Origin: Eledone cirrhosa
Taxonomy: Eukaryota
Assembly (NCBI GenBank): GCA_964016885.1
Contig: OZ024742.1
Location: 192,696,001-192,760,000, forward strand
Direction: 5' to 3'
Length of the DNA: 64,000 nucleotides
Made by a program: the position numbers and the translations under genes. Position 1 is the stretch's first letter. Each line of letters starts with the position of its first letter. Shown piece by piece: positions 44,115-56,579 of the stretch. Below the pieces are notes generated by a model, which had not been told where the DNA came from, searched no databases, and saw only the letters and a program-made list of their open reading frames with translations.

Positions 44115-46920
44115 AGTTGCATTTATCTTGCTTTATGTTCATACGAGTTATCACCAAGTCACAACCAGTGACCTCAAGAAAGAACATACATATTCACACG
44201 TGCATCTTTAGTGTTTAGACTTGTGTTGTACTTATATTGACATAATCTTCCTTAGTATATGGGCAGTTCGCATTAGTACTATCTTTTGTATTTCTCCTAT
44301 ACGCGGGTTTCCTGGGATTTGCGATAAGTAGTCATTAGACCCCTTAGGTATCATTCCCAGAGCGCATACAACCACTGGTATTGTTTTAATTCTCAATTTC
44401 CACATTTTTCCAATTTCTATCTCCAGGTCCTTATACTTGCTCAATTTTTCAAATGTTTTTATAGATACATTCTTGTCTATTGGAACAGACATATCAATTA
44501 GCAGGCATACCCTCCTTTGAAAGTCCTTCAATATTATATCAGGTCTATTTGCATCTATTTTTCGGTCTGTTTGGATGCTAAAGTTCCACAAGATTGAGAT
44601 GTGATCTTTTTCAAGTATGGGAGGTGGTTGATGCTCCCACCAATTCTTTTGATGGGGCAGGTCAAAATGCTTACACATTATCCAATGTATGTATTGTGCA
44701 GCTCTGTCATGCCTGTTTAGGTATTCGGTTGGAGCTATAGGACTGCACATTGAAATTATATGGTCAATGGTCTCTGGTTGTTTTTTGCATACACGGCATA
44801 ATGGGCTGCACCCATTTTTTATTATGTTGGCTTGGTAATTTTTTGTTGGCAGACACTGATCTTGTGCCGATATAATCAGTCCTTCAGTCTCCGATTTCAG
44901 TGCAGAGGATGCCAACCACTGATGGGTTAAAGTTTTGTCAACATCAGGATTGTTAGCTCGCTCTGGGTATTTTCCATACAGAGGCTTTTCTTGCCATTTC
45001 TTAGGCAGTTTCTGTAGCAGTTCTTTCTTTGCAGTTACTTTTACCTGCTTTGCTTTTTCTGTGTTTTCCATTTCAGCAGTAAATGGGACTTCTGAAATTT
45101 GTAGTCCATTACTGTATCTTTGTGCATCTTTTGTAATGGAATATGATATTTTGGTGCTTTCGTGTTTCAAAACGAGTTTCATCATCCAATCATGTGATTC
45201 CCTTAGATATGTGGATAATCCAATTGTTGCAGTTTTCAACGCAATCTCTAACTGGATTAACCCACGTCCTCCTTCTTTCCTAGGGAGATATATTCTATCT
45301 ATGTCTGCCTTAGGGTGATGCATTCTGTGCATGGTTAAGAATTTTCTGATTTTTGTATCGAGCCTACGGATCTCTGTGCTTGACCAGTTGATGACATTGT
45401 AACTGTAGGTTATTACTGGTATGGCAAGCGTGTTTATGGCATCGATCCTATTCCTTTCATTCAATTCCGTTCTTAAGATTGCTCTGACTCTGCGGTAACA
45501 TTCCTTCCTTATCATTTCCCTCATTGTCGAGTGCTTGATTCCCTCTCCTTCACAAACACCTAGATATTTGTAAGTTTTTTCTTGATCAAGCTCTCTTATC
45601 ACGTTCCCCCGATCAAGATTAATGTCTGAACTCTTCAGCAGCTTTCCTCTGGTGAACGTTGCTTTGGCGCATTTATCCAGTCCAAACTCCATTTTAATGT
45701 CATCACTGAACTGCTTCACAGTGGATAATAGCCCTTGCAATTGTTCATAATTTTTTGCAAATAGGTTCAGGTCATCCATGTAGAACAGGTGATTAATGGT
45801 TTTGTCATAGACTCTATATCCATGTTTTGTTTCATTGAGCATTTTACTTAATGGTATAAGTGCGATGCAGAATAAAAGCGGTGATAAAGAGTCACCCTGA
45901 AAAATTCCACAATTAATGTTAACTTCTCCAGCTTCCAGTGATTTTGTTTCACTATTCAAAAGGAGTGTCGTTCTCCATGTCCTCATACTGAATGACAAAA
46001 ACCTCATGACAACGGGGGATATTTTGAAAATCTCTAAACATTTTTCAATCCAACTGTGTGGCAAACTATCGAATGCTTTTTTATAATCTATCCAATCAAT
46101 CGATAGATTTTTGTGTCTATTATGACAATCTTCCAGTATCATTTTGTTAACCAGAAGCTGATCCTTACAGCCATATGAGCCTCGTTTACACCCTTTCTGC
46201 TCAATGGGAAATAGGTCATTTGTTATCAGGTGGTCATATGTGTATTCAGTTAGGACTGATGTTAAAATGTTATACATTGTGGTCAAGCAGGTTATCGGTC
46301 TGTAATTTTTGGGATTGTTTGTCTCATCATTCTTCGGTAGCAGGAATGTAATGCCGTTAACTAGCCATGATGGTATCTTTTCTGGCTCCTTAACTATTTC
46401 ATTGTAAAGTTGGGCTAACAGCTCATGAGACTCTGTGAAGGCATTTATCCAAAAGTTTTGTATTTTGTCTTTTCCTGGGGATTTCCATTTGCTGGTTTTT
46501 CTTAGAGCCAAGCGCAGCTGTTCAACTGTTATATTTTCCCATGTTTGTTCTTCAAGGTGAGCTGTTTCTTTCATTTGTCTGTCTATCCATGGGGCATGTA
46601 TGTTATGAACTTTTTCTTCGGCCCAGATCTTTTCCCAGAATTCTTGCACTTCCTCCTTGGGTGGTATTGATTTAGCAGTTATTGTTGACTTACCAATTTT
46701 TCTGTAGAAGTTTCTTTGGTTGTTTTTGAACATATTATTGTCCTTATAGAATCTAGATCGTTTTTCAAAGCGCCTTATACGAGCAGATTTGGCCGACACT
46801 TTTTGCTTGATTGTTTCTATCAGCATGTCTATGTCACATGTTGATCTTATACTGTACTTTTTTTTCAATTTTCTAAGTTTAGTTTGTTTAACATGTTCAC
46901 CTACTTTATAGTTTGTTAAA
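44115..46920 (-). mobile_element. R4/Dong-clade non-LTR retrotransposon, 5'-truncated, flanked by (TAA)n
   Basis: RT plus CCHC plus restriction-like endonuclease. (ATT)n tracts at 44085-44113 and 46921-46968. Confidence 0.92.
44232..46868 (-). CDS. R4/Dong RT-RLE ORF (878 aa uninterrupted; true start lost by truncation)
   Basis: NYRPITCL, EQKGC, DYKKAFDS, GIFQGDSLSP, YMDD, YKYLG, GGRGL, CRVC..ETIDHIISMC..RHD, RPDII..IDMSVP..K..KY. The frame stays open upstream to the ATT tract. Confidence 0.9.
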   Translation of the reverse strand: MKKKYSIRSTCDIDMLIETIKQKVSAKSARIRRFEKRSRFYKDNNMFKNNQRNFYRKIGKSTITAKSIPPKEEVQEFWEKIWAEEKVHNIHAPWIDRQMKETAHLEEQTWENITVEQLRLALRKTSKWKSPGKDKIQNFWINAFTESHELLAQLYNEIVKEPEKIPSWLVNGITFLLPKNDETNNPKNYRPITCLTTMYNILTSVLTEYTYDHLITNDLFPIEQKGCKRGSYGCKDQLLVNKMILEDCHNRHKNLSIDWIDYKKAFDSLPHSWIEKCLEIFKISPVVMRFLSFSMRTWRTTLLLNSETKSLEAGEVNINCGIFQGDSLSPLLFCIALIPLSKMLNETKHGYRVYDKTINHLFYMDDLNLFAKNYEQLQGLLSTVKQFSDDIKMEFGLDKCAKATFTRGKLLKSSDINLDRGNVIRELDQEKTYKYLGVCEGEGIKHSTMREMIRKECYRRVRAILRTELNERNRIDAINTLAIPVITYSYNVINWSSTEIRRLDTKIRKFLTMHRMHHPKADIDRIYLPRKEGGRGLIQLEIALKTATIGLSTYLRESHDWMMKLVLKHESTKISYSITKDAQRYSNGLQISEVPFTAEMENTEKAKQVKVTAKKELLQKLPKKWQEKPLYGKYPERANNPDVDKTLTHQWLASSALKSETEGLIISAQDQCLPTKNYQANIIKNGCSPLCRVCKKQPETIDHIISMCSPIAPTEYLNRHDRAAQYIHWIMCKHFDLPHQKNWWEHQPPPILEKDHISILWNFSIQTDRKIDANRPDIILKDFQRRVCLLIDMSVPIDKNVSIKTFEKLSKYKDLEIEIGKMWKLRIKTIPVVVCALGMIPKGSNDYLSQIPGNPRIGEIQKIVLMRTAHILRKIMSI

Positions 46921-46968
<48 letters not shown>

Positions 46969-47176
46969 GGCGACCTACGTAGTAAATCGTATCATCGTGA
47001 GCTTCGCAAAGTTTTGTTATTTCCGTTTGTTAAAAATTGTCATTTATGGAAAATTTTATTGTTAACTGTTTATAAGCGCACATACACTGTTTTCCGAAAA
47101 GGACACCCAAAAAGATTGGGGCCTTGTGCCCAAAATTTAAACTTTTATTATTATCAAAAAAATTTCTTTGAAAAAA

Positions 47177-49155
47177 ATGGCTAATTCACCTCTGAACGAA
47201 GCAGCTGAAAGCCTTCCTCACAAATTAACACCTCACACCGACACCACCATTGTAAATGTTACTACGTTTGCCAACACAAAAAAAAAATATAAGCACTAGC
47301 AATATTTTAAATTTGTCTCAGGCAGACATTCATTTCCCGCCATTACCAATGACTGCAGGTGTTAAAGCCTCCACCACAACCACCACCGCGACAACCGCCA
47401 CCACCACCACCACCACCGCGACAACAGAAACAAAAGAAGAAAAAATAAATTAACTCGTGATGTCGAAATGAAATCAAGCAAAATGGACTCTTCCCCTCCA
47501 AAGACGACTGACGTCACCACCACCACAACTGAAACTAAAATTAATATTAACGATAGCAACAACAACAACAAAGACATTATAACCCCCCCCCCTAATTTTC
47601 GCCAGAGTAGCAAAACAGTTCGAAGCATTTACGGTAACTCAGGAGGATTTAGAAAATGCCAAACAAATGGTAAAGAAAGATGGGTACAGGGTCAGCCTCA
47701 CCCCCACCTAATAAAATGGAGCATCGGCGCCTATGCACCATATCGTATAGAACAATAAATGTAAAATCGCGCCGAGTGGAACGGGCATCCGAGTCCCAAA
47801 TCCAAAAAGCTTTGGGACATGTGTGGGCAAGAAAAACCCACATCAGACGTGGGCAAAAGTATGGAACCGTGGACGTGTTCTTTGAAACACCAGAGGAGGC
47901 TGGATAACACTCCATGGCCCCATTAAGAAGTGACGACTTCACACTCGTCCCAAGCTATTGTGGCCAGAGACTCGTAAAGATCAGGGTGACCCACGTTCCA
48001 CCGGCCATCGAAATTCCCTGGCTAATAGCGGCTGTCCTCGCCGGCATCGAAGCCAACACGAAAATAATAGCAATAGCAAAAGAAAAGCAGGAGAACTGGT
48101 CCGGATCTGGGATGGCGCTCCTGACCCAAGCGGACCAAAAAAGCAATGCGGAGATCCCAGAGGTAATAGACCTCACTGACGGCAGCCACCTCACGGTAAT
48201 TGTCGAGGGCAGAAGACCTAGGTGTGTCGTTTGTGGTGAAGGAACCCACCTAAGGGCTTTCTGCCCTCAGGCTAAAAGGTTGAGGCCACCTATCCTACCC
48301 ACCCCAGTGACACAACCATCAACACCACCAGTAGCAGAGATGGCAGCAACAACTGTAGCAGCAACAACAGAAGCAACTATAACAGCAACAACCCCAGCAA
48401 CAGTAGCAAAACCAACACCACCACCACGACCAGCAAAACCAACACCACCACCACCCAACGCTTCAGAACTAGCACCAGCGCCTACACCATCCACCACGAC
48501 ACAACCAAAACTAACGGCTGTGGAGGATTTTCCACTCCCCGGCCTATCACAACTGGAGACAGATTGTGACGACGAGGAGTGGGAAACGATATCCGGAAAA
48601 AAAAGAAACCAAAAAAGAAAAAATTCTCTTCCTTCCCCCTCCAAAAACAAAATACAGAGGGAAACAAATAAATTAAGAAACAAAAAGTTAGGACAGATAT
48701 GCCACCATCCACACCAGCATCACCAACCCCATCAACCCAACCACCAACACCATCACCATCATTAACCCCAACACCACCATCACCTACACCACAAAAGTCA
48801 CCAAAATGCGAAACAGAAACAAACCCACAACAAACGCAAACAAAACAAAACAACCAAAACGATACACACTACACAGCATTAAATTTGAACAACAAGCAAT
48901 TATTACACTACATCCAACACAACACCAGCATCACAGAAAAAGACTACACAACAACCCCAAAATTCACACCACCTCCACACATACAAATAACTCGCATCAC
49001 ACAGAAAACGTACATGACACTAAAACAAAAATTCCCCAAAGACATCGGAGACTTCCGACAAGCACTCTCCAGGAGGATTTATAAGGACATCCTTCCCGAG
49101 GAGGCCACAAGCAGTGAAAAGGATGGAAAAACCGTCCTTCCCCTACTAGAAGTAA
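47177..49155 (+). pseudogene. Tx1 ORF1 (Gag-like, CCHC knuckle, P/T-rich), frameshifted at homopolymer runs
   Basis: ATG at 47177. Pieces 47468-47758, 47680-47907 and 47914-48765. CVVCGEGTHLRAFC matches CX2CX4HX4C. The 3' limit is approximate. Confidence 0.75.
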
Positions 49156-49194
49156 GGTATGTGGTCTTTCCCATCTTTTCCACTCCTTTTCAAC

Positions 49195-52100
49195 ATGACC
49201 TCACTCAGAATAGGCAGCATAAATGCGCGTGGCTTGGGGTCGTCATCGAAGCAGGGCCACCTGCTCAACGACCTCAGGTCACTAAACATAGATGTAGTGG
49301 CCATCAGCGAGACCAGAATCTCCGAAGCACAGGCTTTCGCACCGATCTTCGGCGGCTACGATGTGTACGCATCTCCCAGCCGTCCGGGATCGGGGGGTGG
49401 AGTTGCTGTGCTTTTCGGAGAGGTTTGGATCTTGCCACACGGGCCATCTTCCTGGACCCAGAAGGTAAGTTGGTGGTGTTGGACGTGACCAGCGGAGACG
49501 GGCAAGCTTTCAGGTTAGTGGCCGTCTATGCCCCGACAGGAGCAGGGCGGCCTGATTTCTTCCGGCGTCTGGAGACCTTTCTTGGAACGTCCCGCTCTTT
49601 ACTGTTAGTGGGCGACTGGAACGGGATCTTAGATGCACGCTGGGATTGTGTGGGATTAGTGGATAGGGAAGGAGGGTGCAAGAGTCTCACCAACCTGCTC
49701 AGACGTTTTGAACTGTCTGACAGGTACCGAATGGATTTCCCGAATGTACCAATGTGGACTTGGACAAATCGCATAGGGTCATCCAGATCATATCTAGATA
49801 GAGTATTTTGTAGGGAAATAGATAGGTCTAGCATAGGCTGTCCACAATTCAAGATAGTCAGCTACACGGACCACAAATTCGGGATCTGTGTGCTTGACTT
49901 AGATAGGCTTCATAGACGAGGACCCGGCTACTGGAAGCTAAACGCGTCCTTACCAGCGCGCAAGGCCTACCGAGACCGGATTAGCGAACTAGTTAAGCGG
50001 GCGTTGACGGGGGCCATCGTCAACAACAAGTGGTGGTTTGCTCTGAAAAGAGCAATTAGAATAGAGTCCATTAGGTTTAGTAAGACTTTAGCAATAGAGA
50101 AAAATAGAGCAGAGGGAGAATTAGTTAGAAAATTAGATGAGGCGCTTAGCAAAGGCATTGCGACCGACGTACTTGCGGCGAAATTGGCCCTTGACCAATT
50201 CTTCAATGCAAAGCACGAAGGCTGCGTTGTCAGAGCTAGGGTGCGTGCTCTCAGACGCGAGGGGACGAAAGCCGTTCAATGGGCCCGAGTGGCGGTGGCG
50301 CGTCGTGGCAACAAAGCCACGATCCGGTCTTTGGTGGACCACGACGGGCGCATGCTACTCAATCCCGGGCAAATGTGTGAAGCTTTTCAGCGACACTTCG
50401 CTCAACTGTTCGGGGGAAGTGGCGGGCCGGATCGAGGGATGGACTTTAGTGTCTACCTCGACGGACTGCCGCGGCTTTCGGCCACTGAGGCGGAGTGTTG
50501 CGAAAAGCCGATAACAACCGCTGAAGTACGGGATGCAATGACTAGTTGCACAAGGGGTAAATCGCCTGGTTTGGATGGTCTGCCCTATGAACTTTACGTA
50601 CAAATGCCAAACTTGTTCGGAGGCCTCTTGGCGGACGTCTACTGCAACTGGCAACAGAACGGGAGAATTCCCAGCTCTGTGAGCCGAGGAGCGGTGGCGC
50701 TGCTGAGAAAGGATCCGAACAAGGGGGATAACATAGATAATTTTAGGCCCATAACTCTGCTAAACACAGAGTTCAAGATTTTGGCCAAGGTGCTAGCAAA
50801 GAGGTTGGCGCTTGTCGTTGGTGGTCTGGTGGGAGTGGCACAGACATGCGCCATTCCCGACAGATCCATCCACGACAACCTCCACCTCATGCGATACATC
50901 GTAGAGAGGGTAGCTAGGGAACCTGGCACGGGTGGGTCTTTGATCAATTTAGATCAGTCGAAAGCCTTCGATAGGGACGACCATCGTTACCTAGCGGCAG
51001 TCCTGAGGGCGGCTGGCTTTGGGCCCGTCTTCAGAGGCTGGATCGCTGCCATGCACAGCAACATCTGCTCTGTAGTGAGAGTGAACGGTCACCTTTCGGA
51101 ACCGTTCAACATCATGCGCTCGGTCCGCCAAGGATGTCCCCTCTCGTCCCTATTGTACGTATTGACTCTCGAGCCATTACTGCACAAACTGGAGACGTTG
51201 AGGGGCGTCTCGCGCGAACTAGGATGCGGAAGATCCGTGTCAGCAAATGCCGACGATGTCACCGTAGTGGTGTCGAACGCCAAACACATCGAGGCGATCG
51301 GCACTACACTAAGAGAATACGAAGCGGTGACAGGAGCAATGATCAACCAGGAAAAGTCAGTGGGCCTGCAGATCGGTACCTGGAGAGGCAGGTCCATGCC
51401 GTCCAACAGCGTCGTCGGACGCTGGACAGACGGACCGGTTAAATTGCTAGGGGTCTGGTTCAGTCCGGACCTCCAGACGGACAAAAACTGGGACGAGGTG
51501 ACGAGCAGGGTGGCTTCTCTCACCCAGAAATGGGCCGCGAGGAAGCTATCCCTGAAAGGTCGAGCGGAGGTGGCTAACGCGTACATCGCGTCCGTCATCT
51601 GCTACCGCCTGACCGTCGTACCTTGTCCTAAGCCTCGCCTGACTGCGCTGGAGCGTTTGCTCTTTCGCTTTTTGTGGAAGGGACGCGCTCCGATGGTCAG
51701 GCGGTCCATCTGTTGTCAACACCCGCTACGTGGAGGGCTGGGCATGCCGTGGCTGATGATGCGCAGGCACGCGCTCAGGCTACGACATCTCCACCTCTTC
51801 CTCGACGGTGATCAGGTGTGGTCGCCGTTTGCTAGACACGTATTTCCCTAGCTCGTTTCCTTGACGGAGCTGCAGTCCTGGGTCAAGCGAAGACCGAGAG
51901 GGAGCGCCTGGAGACTGGAATGTCTTCAGGCGCTCACAGCCCTCGACCAATCGGGCAATGTGATCGGTGGAAACTCCACCTCGGCGTTCTATAGAGGATT
52001 AGTGGAGGGGAAGAGCGACGACGTACTTGGGGAAACTCTAGGCGTCGACGAAAATCAACTAGCCAATCTCTTCGGAAGAACTTTCGGGCCAGGGCCTATG

Positions 52101-52613
52101 GACAACTTCCAGAAATCTCTAGCCTGGCAGTGCTACCGAGGAGCCTTGCCAGTTCGGGATAAACTCTACAGGCATGGAGGTGCCGTCAGCCGGGCATGTC
52201 CGAGATGCGAACAGGGCGACGAAACCGTCCTGCACGCACTCGTCCAGTGTCCGAAAATTGCTGACTTGTGGGTTTATGTCGAACACCTGCTGTCGCGTTT
52301 AGGACGGACCCGGCTATCATCTGAGTCCATCGTGAGGATTGCCCCGCCCTCCTCCTTTAGCCGGGAAGCGCAGGCAGTTTTTATCTGTCTGGTGGCCATG
52401 GCGAAAGAGATAGTATGGTGGACACGTTTGAAAGGGTTGAAGACGAGCACTTACCTCTTCGGTGATGCTCTGATTGACTTTTTCAAATTTCATTTGAAAA
52501 GGAAAATCAGAGTAGAGAGGGAAGTGCTCTCTTCCCAGCATTTTGTTAAAAGATGGGTGAGAGAAGCAAGAATGGCCCGAGTGAATGGGCCTACTCTGAG
52601 TATATATCTGTAA
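49195..52613 (+). pseudogene. Tx1 ORF2 (APE-RT-CCHC), one frameshift (~49415) and one in-frame stop (51849-51851)
   Basis: MTSLRIGSINARGL, ISET, VYAP, VGDWN, YLDR, TDH, GPGYWKLN, KSPGLDGL, FRPITLLN, DQSKAFD, VRQGCPLS, ADD, GGLGMP, CPRC..ETVLHALVQC. Confidence 0.93.
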
Positions 52614-52870
52614 ATTAAAGGTGGAAAACTGGGAGAGGGCACTTGCTTTGGTGGTCAGGGTCATTGCGGCTTTTTACTGGCCTTCTCCACAAATGTCCCT
52701 CCGAAGTCCCCCCCCCCCCCTATTGGGGAATTTTTCATTGTTATTTTTTGTTACACCCTCTGTTTTTTTTTTGTTTTTTACACGCAGAAATGCCCATTTG
52801 TACCGTCCTGTATTGTCCTGCACTGTCCTTAATGTCTACTTTATGTAAACCCTTGTGGTTAATAAAGAAA

Positions 52871-52920
<50 letters not shown>

Positions 52921-54233
52921 GGGATTTTGATAAGAATATTTAATCATACATTTGCTTATTATTGTTATTAAATATAATTAAAGTTCAGTTATATATTCGA
53001 GATTAAATATAATCAAATTATAAATATGAATATAAATACATATAGATGAAAAATTATTACTTATAATTTCGAAATAAAAATTTATTTAATAAAAAATATT
53101 TGTGCATATTTTTGCTTTAATATTTTTACAACTAATTCTCTTAAAATATAATCTTTAATAGGTAAAAAGAAAATTATAATGCAAACACAAACATCATAAA
53201 ATGCATAGGACAATGACTGGAAATTCCAAAGAACACTCTTTGTAAATCAATTGTTTTGCCGCCACTTTTGTTTATGATTCTGTTTATTTTTTTTATAAAT
53301 TTCAAATCAATACAAAATCTGCTTAAATCAAAACTTATAAATCTCCCCAAACGCATTAAAATTAATGGGCTTTTATACTCAAACACACGCACGCACACAC
53401 GCACACACGCACACACACACGCACACACGCACACACACTCAAACACACACACACACACATACATACTTGCACACGCATATACACTATATATTCATTTAAT
53501 TTGTTTTCATTCAATTTTTTTCGATTATATCTTAGACTATTATTTAAAAAGATTTTTCTATTTTGCATCTTATTTATTACTAATGTAAGTGGTTTGGTGT
53601 CACATTGAATGCGAAATTTAACAAACTACGAAATATTTTTCCTATCTAAAGCTCTGTAAACAATCTCCGAGGAACAAATTTGTGCAATCGTATATATATA
53701 TATATATATTGTTAGAATTATTGTTAGAGCAGACAAAACATCAAACGTATATACCATCGATGTGGACACTTACAATAACTTCATCCGTAAGGAATTGCAT
53801 AAAAAATACAGGAAAACTAATGAAGCCACACTTAAAAACATCAACAACTCGGCATGTGATATTGTTAAAAAACTTTGTATTGACGATAGAACGCAACCCT
53901 TAACACCAGCTATACCATCATTCAACCTGAAGGACCACAAGGTAAACTTCGATACTAACCCTAATATTCGACTTATATGCCCCTCTAAATCTGATATAGG
54001 TAAAATTAGCAAATAGACAGAATTATCCCCCAAGTTAAGGTTAAAGTAGAGATTATACTATGGGGTAACACTCATGAAGCAATAAGATGGTTTAATAACA
54101 TTACTGATAAGAAAAAATCAAAATTTATTCAGTTTGATATTGATGAATATTATTCCTCAATTTCACCTGAGACTCTACTCTTTCGTTCGCTCAGGATAAT
54201 TCCGACCTTACGGATGCTGAAATTAAAATTATT

Positions 54234-55565
54234 ATGGAAGCGAGAAAAACTATAGTTAAATTCGATGATAGCTACTGGGTTCGCAAAGATAGACCTTCTA
54301 ATTTTGATATCACTATGGGTTCTAATGATTCGGCGGAAGTAACAGATCTTGTGGGAATTTATATCACCCACAGATTACAAGGAAAATTCAAGGATCTCCA
54401 CGGTGGAATTTATCGTGACGATGCGCTCCTATTAGTTAAGCATATGAATAACCAGAATTTAGAAAGGATGCGTAAAAATATCAGAAAGCTTTTTAAGGAA
54501 CTAGGATTAAATATTACATTTGAATATAACCTCAAAGAGGTCAATTTCCTTGATGTTACTTTCAATCTCAATACAGATACGATTAAACCGTTCCATAAAC
54601 TAAATGAGAACCTTAAATATGTAAATACGAGTTCTAACCATCCACTCTCTATAATTAAATCCATCCCTAGAAATGTTTCTCTTAGAATCTCCCGCCTATC
54701 GTCCAACCAACAAACCTTCAAAGAACATGCCGAGTATTATGATGATGCACTTAGGAAAGCCGGTCACCTAGATAATATAGAGTATATAGTCAAAGATCAC
54801 CAAAACACCCAAAATAAATCACATAGGAGTAGAAATAGCACAGAATCACCACCATACATACACTACCGCAATAGACACAATAATAGTCGCACACCACCAA
54901 ACAGAAGGCGATGTAAGGAGTATATCTGGTACAACCCGGTCTATAACAACTCTATTAAAACCAATCTACCCTCAAAATTCTTTCGATTAGTTAGAAAACA
55001 CTTTCCAACATCACATAAATATAATAAAATCTTAAACCCTAACACTATTCGACTTTCATATTCAACCGCCCCTAATATTGAACAACATATAAAAAAGCTT
55101 AACGCAAAACGGTTGTATAAACGCCTTCCAACACATAACAATACACGTAAAACATTAGCTATAACATCACAAAACAACAAACAACATCCTGTCCTACATA
55201 AGCAACCTCATCAACCCATCCATGGCAATACAACAACGCAAAATTATAATTGCAACTGTGTCCAACCAGGAATGTGTCCGTTGAACAATCAGTGTCTTGA
55301 ACGCAACACCGTATACAAATGTACTATCGAATCGGATAGACAGAAGTGGTACTATGTGGGATCTACAGCCACCTCCTTCAAATCACGCCTTTATAGACAT
55401 CGTTATTCGATAAAACATGAAAACCAGCGTTATGTAACAACACTCGCAGACAAGGCTTGGCAGCTGCGTGAAAATAACCAACAATTTCACCTAAAATGGG
55501 ATATAATAGAGGCTGCCCCCCCCCCCCCCCCCCCCCATATATTCCCATGGACAGGAATTTTGTAA
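54234..55565 (+). pseudogene. PLE RT thumb-GIY-YIG ORF segment
   Basis: 443-aa ORF. Upstream part in 53762-54016. Frameshift at the poly-C run 55515-55536. Confidence 0.88.
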
Positions 55566-56171
55566 ATTATGTAATGTAGAATTATTTTGTATTATGAAAT
55601 CCAAAAACATTTTATTAAATAACAGAATAGAGCGATCATTATACTGTAACCATCGCTTAAAATCTACATTTTCATATTATAAATACTACCAGGATTGAAC
55701 GCCTGTCTCTATCCCCGTTTGATTGTGAAAATAGATATGAACATTCTTTATTAGTCTTAATTCTATCAACTCTTCTATTATTTACCTTTTAATACAAACT
55801 GCTATAGATAAAATGAGATTTCTGATTTCTTGATTCAATTCCCTAATGCATATACCAGCTGGCTACTAGCATTGATGTTATTTAGTAGCAATCGAAATCT
55901 CCCCCTTCCCCAATTGACACTTTATAATTAATACTACTGCACCAAATGACCAGCCCTGTCCACTGTCCAGTTGGTCAAGTAGAGATTAAAATTGGCACTC
56001 CCAAAATTCTTATTTAGATTTACTCATGATATTCTCATTAAAAACCCATTATATACTTGTTTACCAGTAAATAATTTTACCATCTGTCATATACTATCTC
56101 CTCTGTTCCTTCCTCTTTTACTAATATAAATACTTCAATTTTTCTGATTTTATCCAGTTTATCCAAAATCT

Positions 56172-56280
56172 CTGAAGAAGTGACAACTGATTATACATTT
56201 GCTATCGAATACTTGCTAACATTATATGATTACGCAAGCAGCGATACATAGGTATTCGGTCTGTTACAGAAACATATGTC
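56172..56280 (+). ncRNA. Hammerhead motif in PLE 3' pLTR
   Basis: CTGAAGA A GTGACA ...~75 nt... TGTTAC A GAAA CATATG TC. Palindromic stem III; stem I is weak. Confidence 0.6.
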
Positions 56281-56440
56281 AATACCTAATAAATTCCTTT
56301 TTTAACAAAAGCACTTTCATTTTATATTCATCCTTTCTACATTTCTCCGGAATATAATTTATACTCGTTGAGCAAACCTGCACGTACGCTGTTCATCTCT
56401 AACGTAACGATATATTATCACTACATTATTGATAACCTGC

Positions 56441-56479
<39 letters not shown>

Positions 56480-56545
56480 AACGAGTAGGGCCCCGACTGT
56501 GCTGGTGCGTTATGGTCCATCTGGTTCCTTACCACATTTCGTTCG

Positions 56546-56578
<33 letters not shown>

Positions 56579-56579
<1 letters not shown>

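Larger units (their letters stand above)
46969..52872 (+). mobile_element. Full-length Tx1-clade LINE between two (ATT)n tracts
   Basis: 5' UTR, ORF1, ORF2, and 3' end CCTTGTGGTTAATAAAGAAATC followed by (ATT)n at 52873-52920. Confidence 0.93.
53708..56445 (+). mobile_element. Penelope-like element (RT plus C-terminal GIY-YIG, 3' pLTR with hammerhead), in (TA)n
   Basis: ADKTSN, LKDHK.NF..P.IRLI.P.KSDIGKISK, FDI..YY.SI, MGSNDSAEVTDLVG, YRDD, FLDVTF, WYNP, CNC..CPL...C, VYKC..YVGST..FKSR. Several frameshifts. Confidence 0.92.

Noticed and set aside
48699-51851. 1050-aa ORF as a single protein
   Set aside because: It runs from the ORF1 tail through an off-frame stretch into ORF2 because of a frameshift near 49415. 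The real ORF2 starts at 49195.
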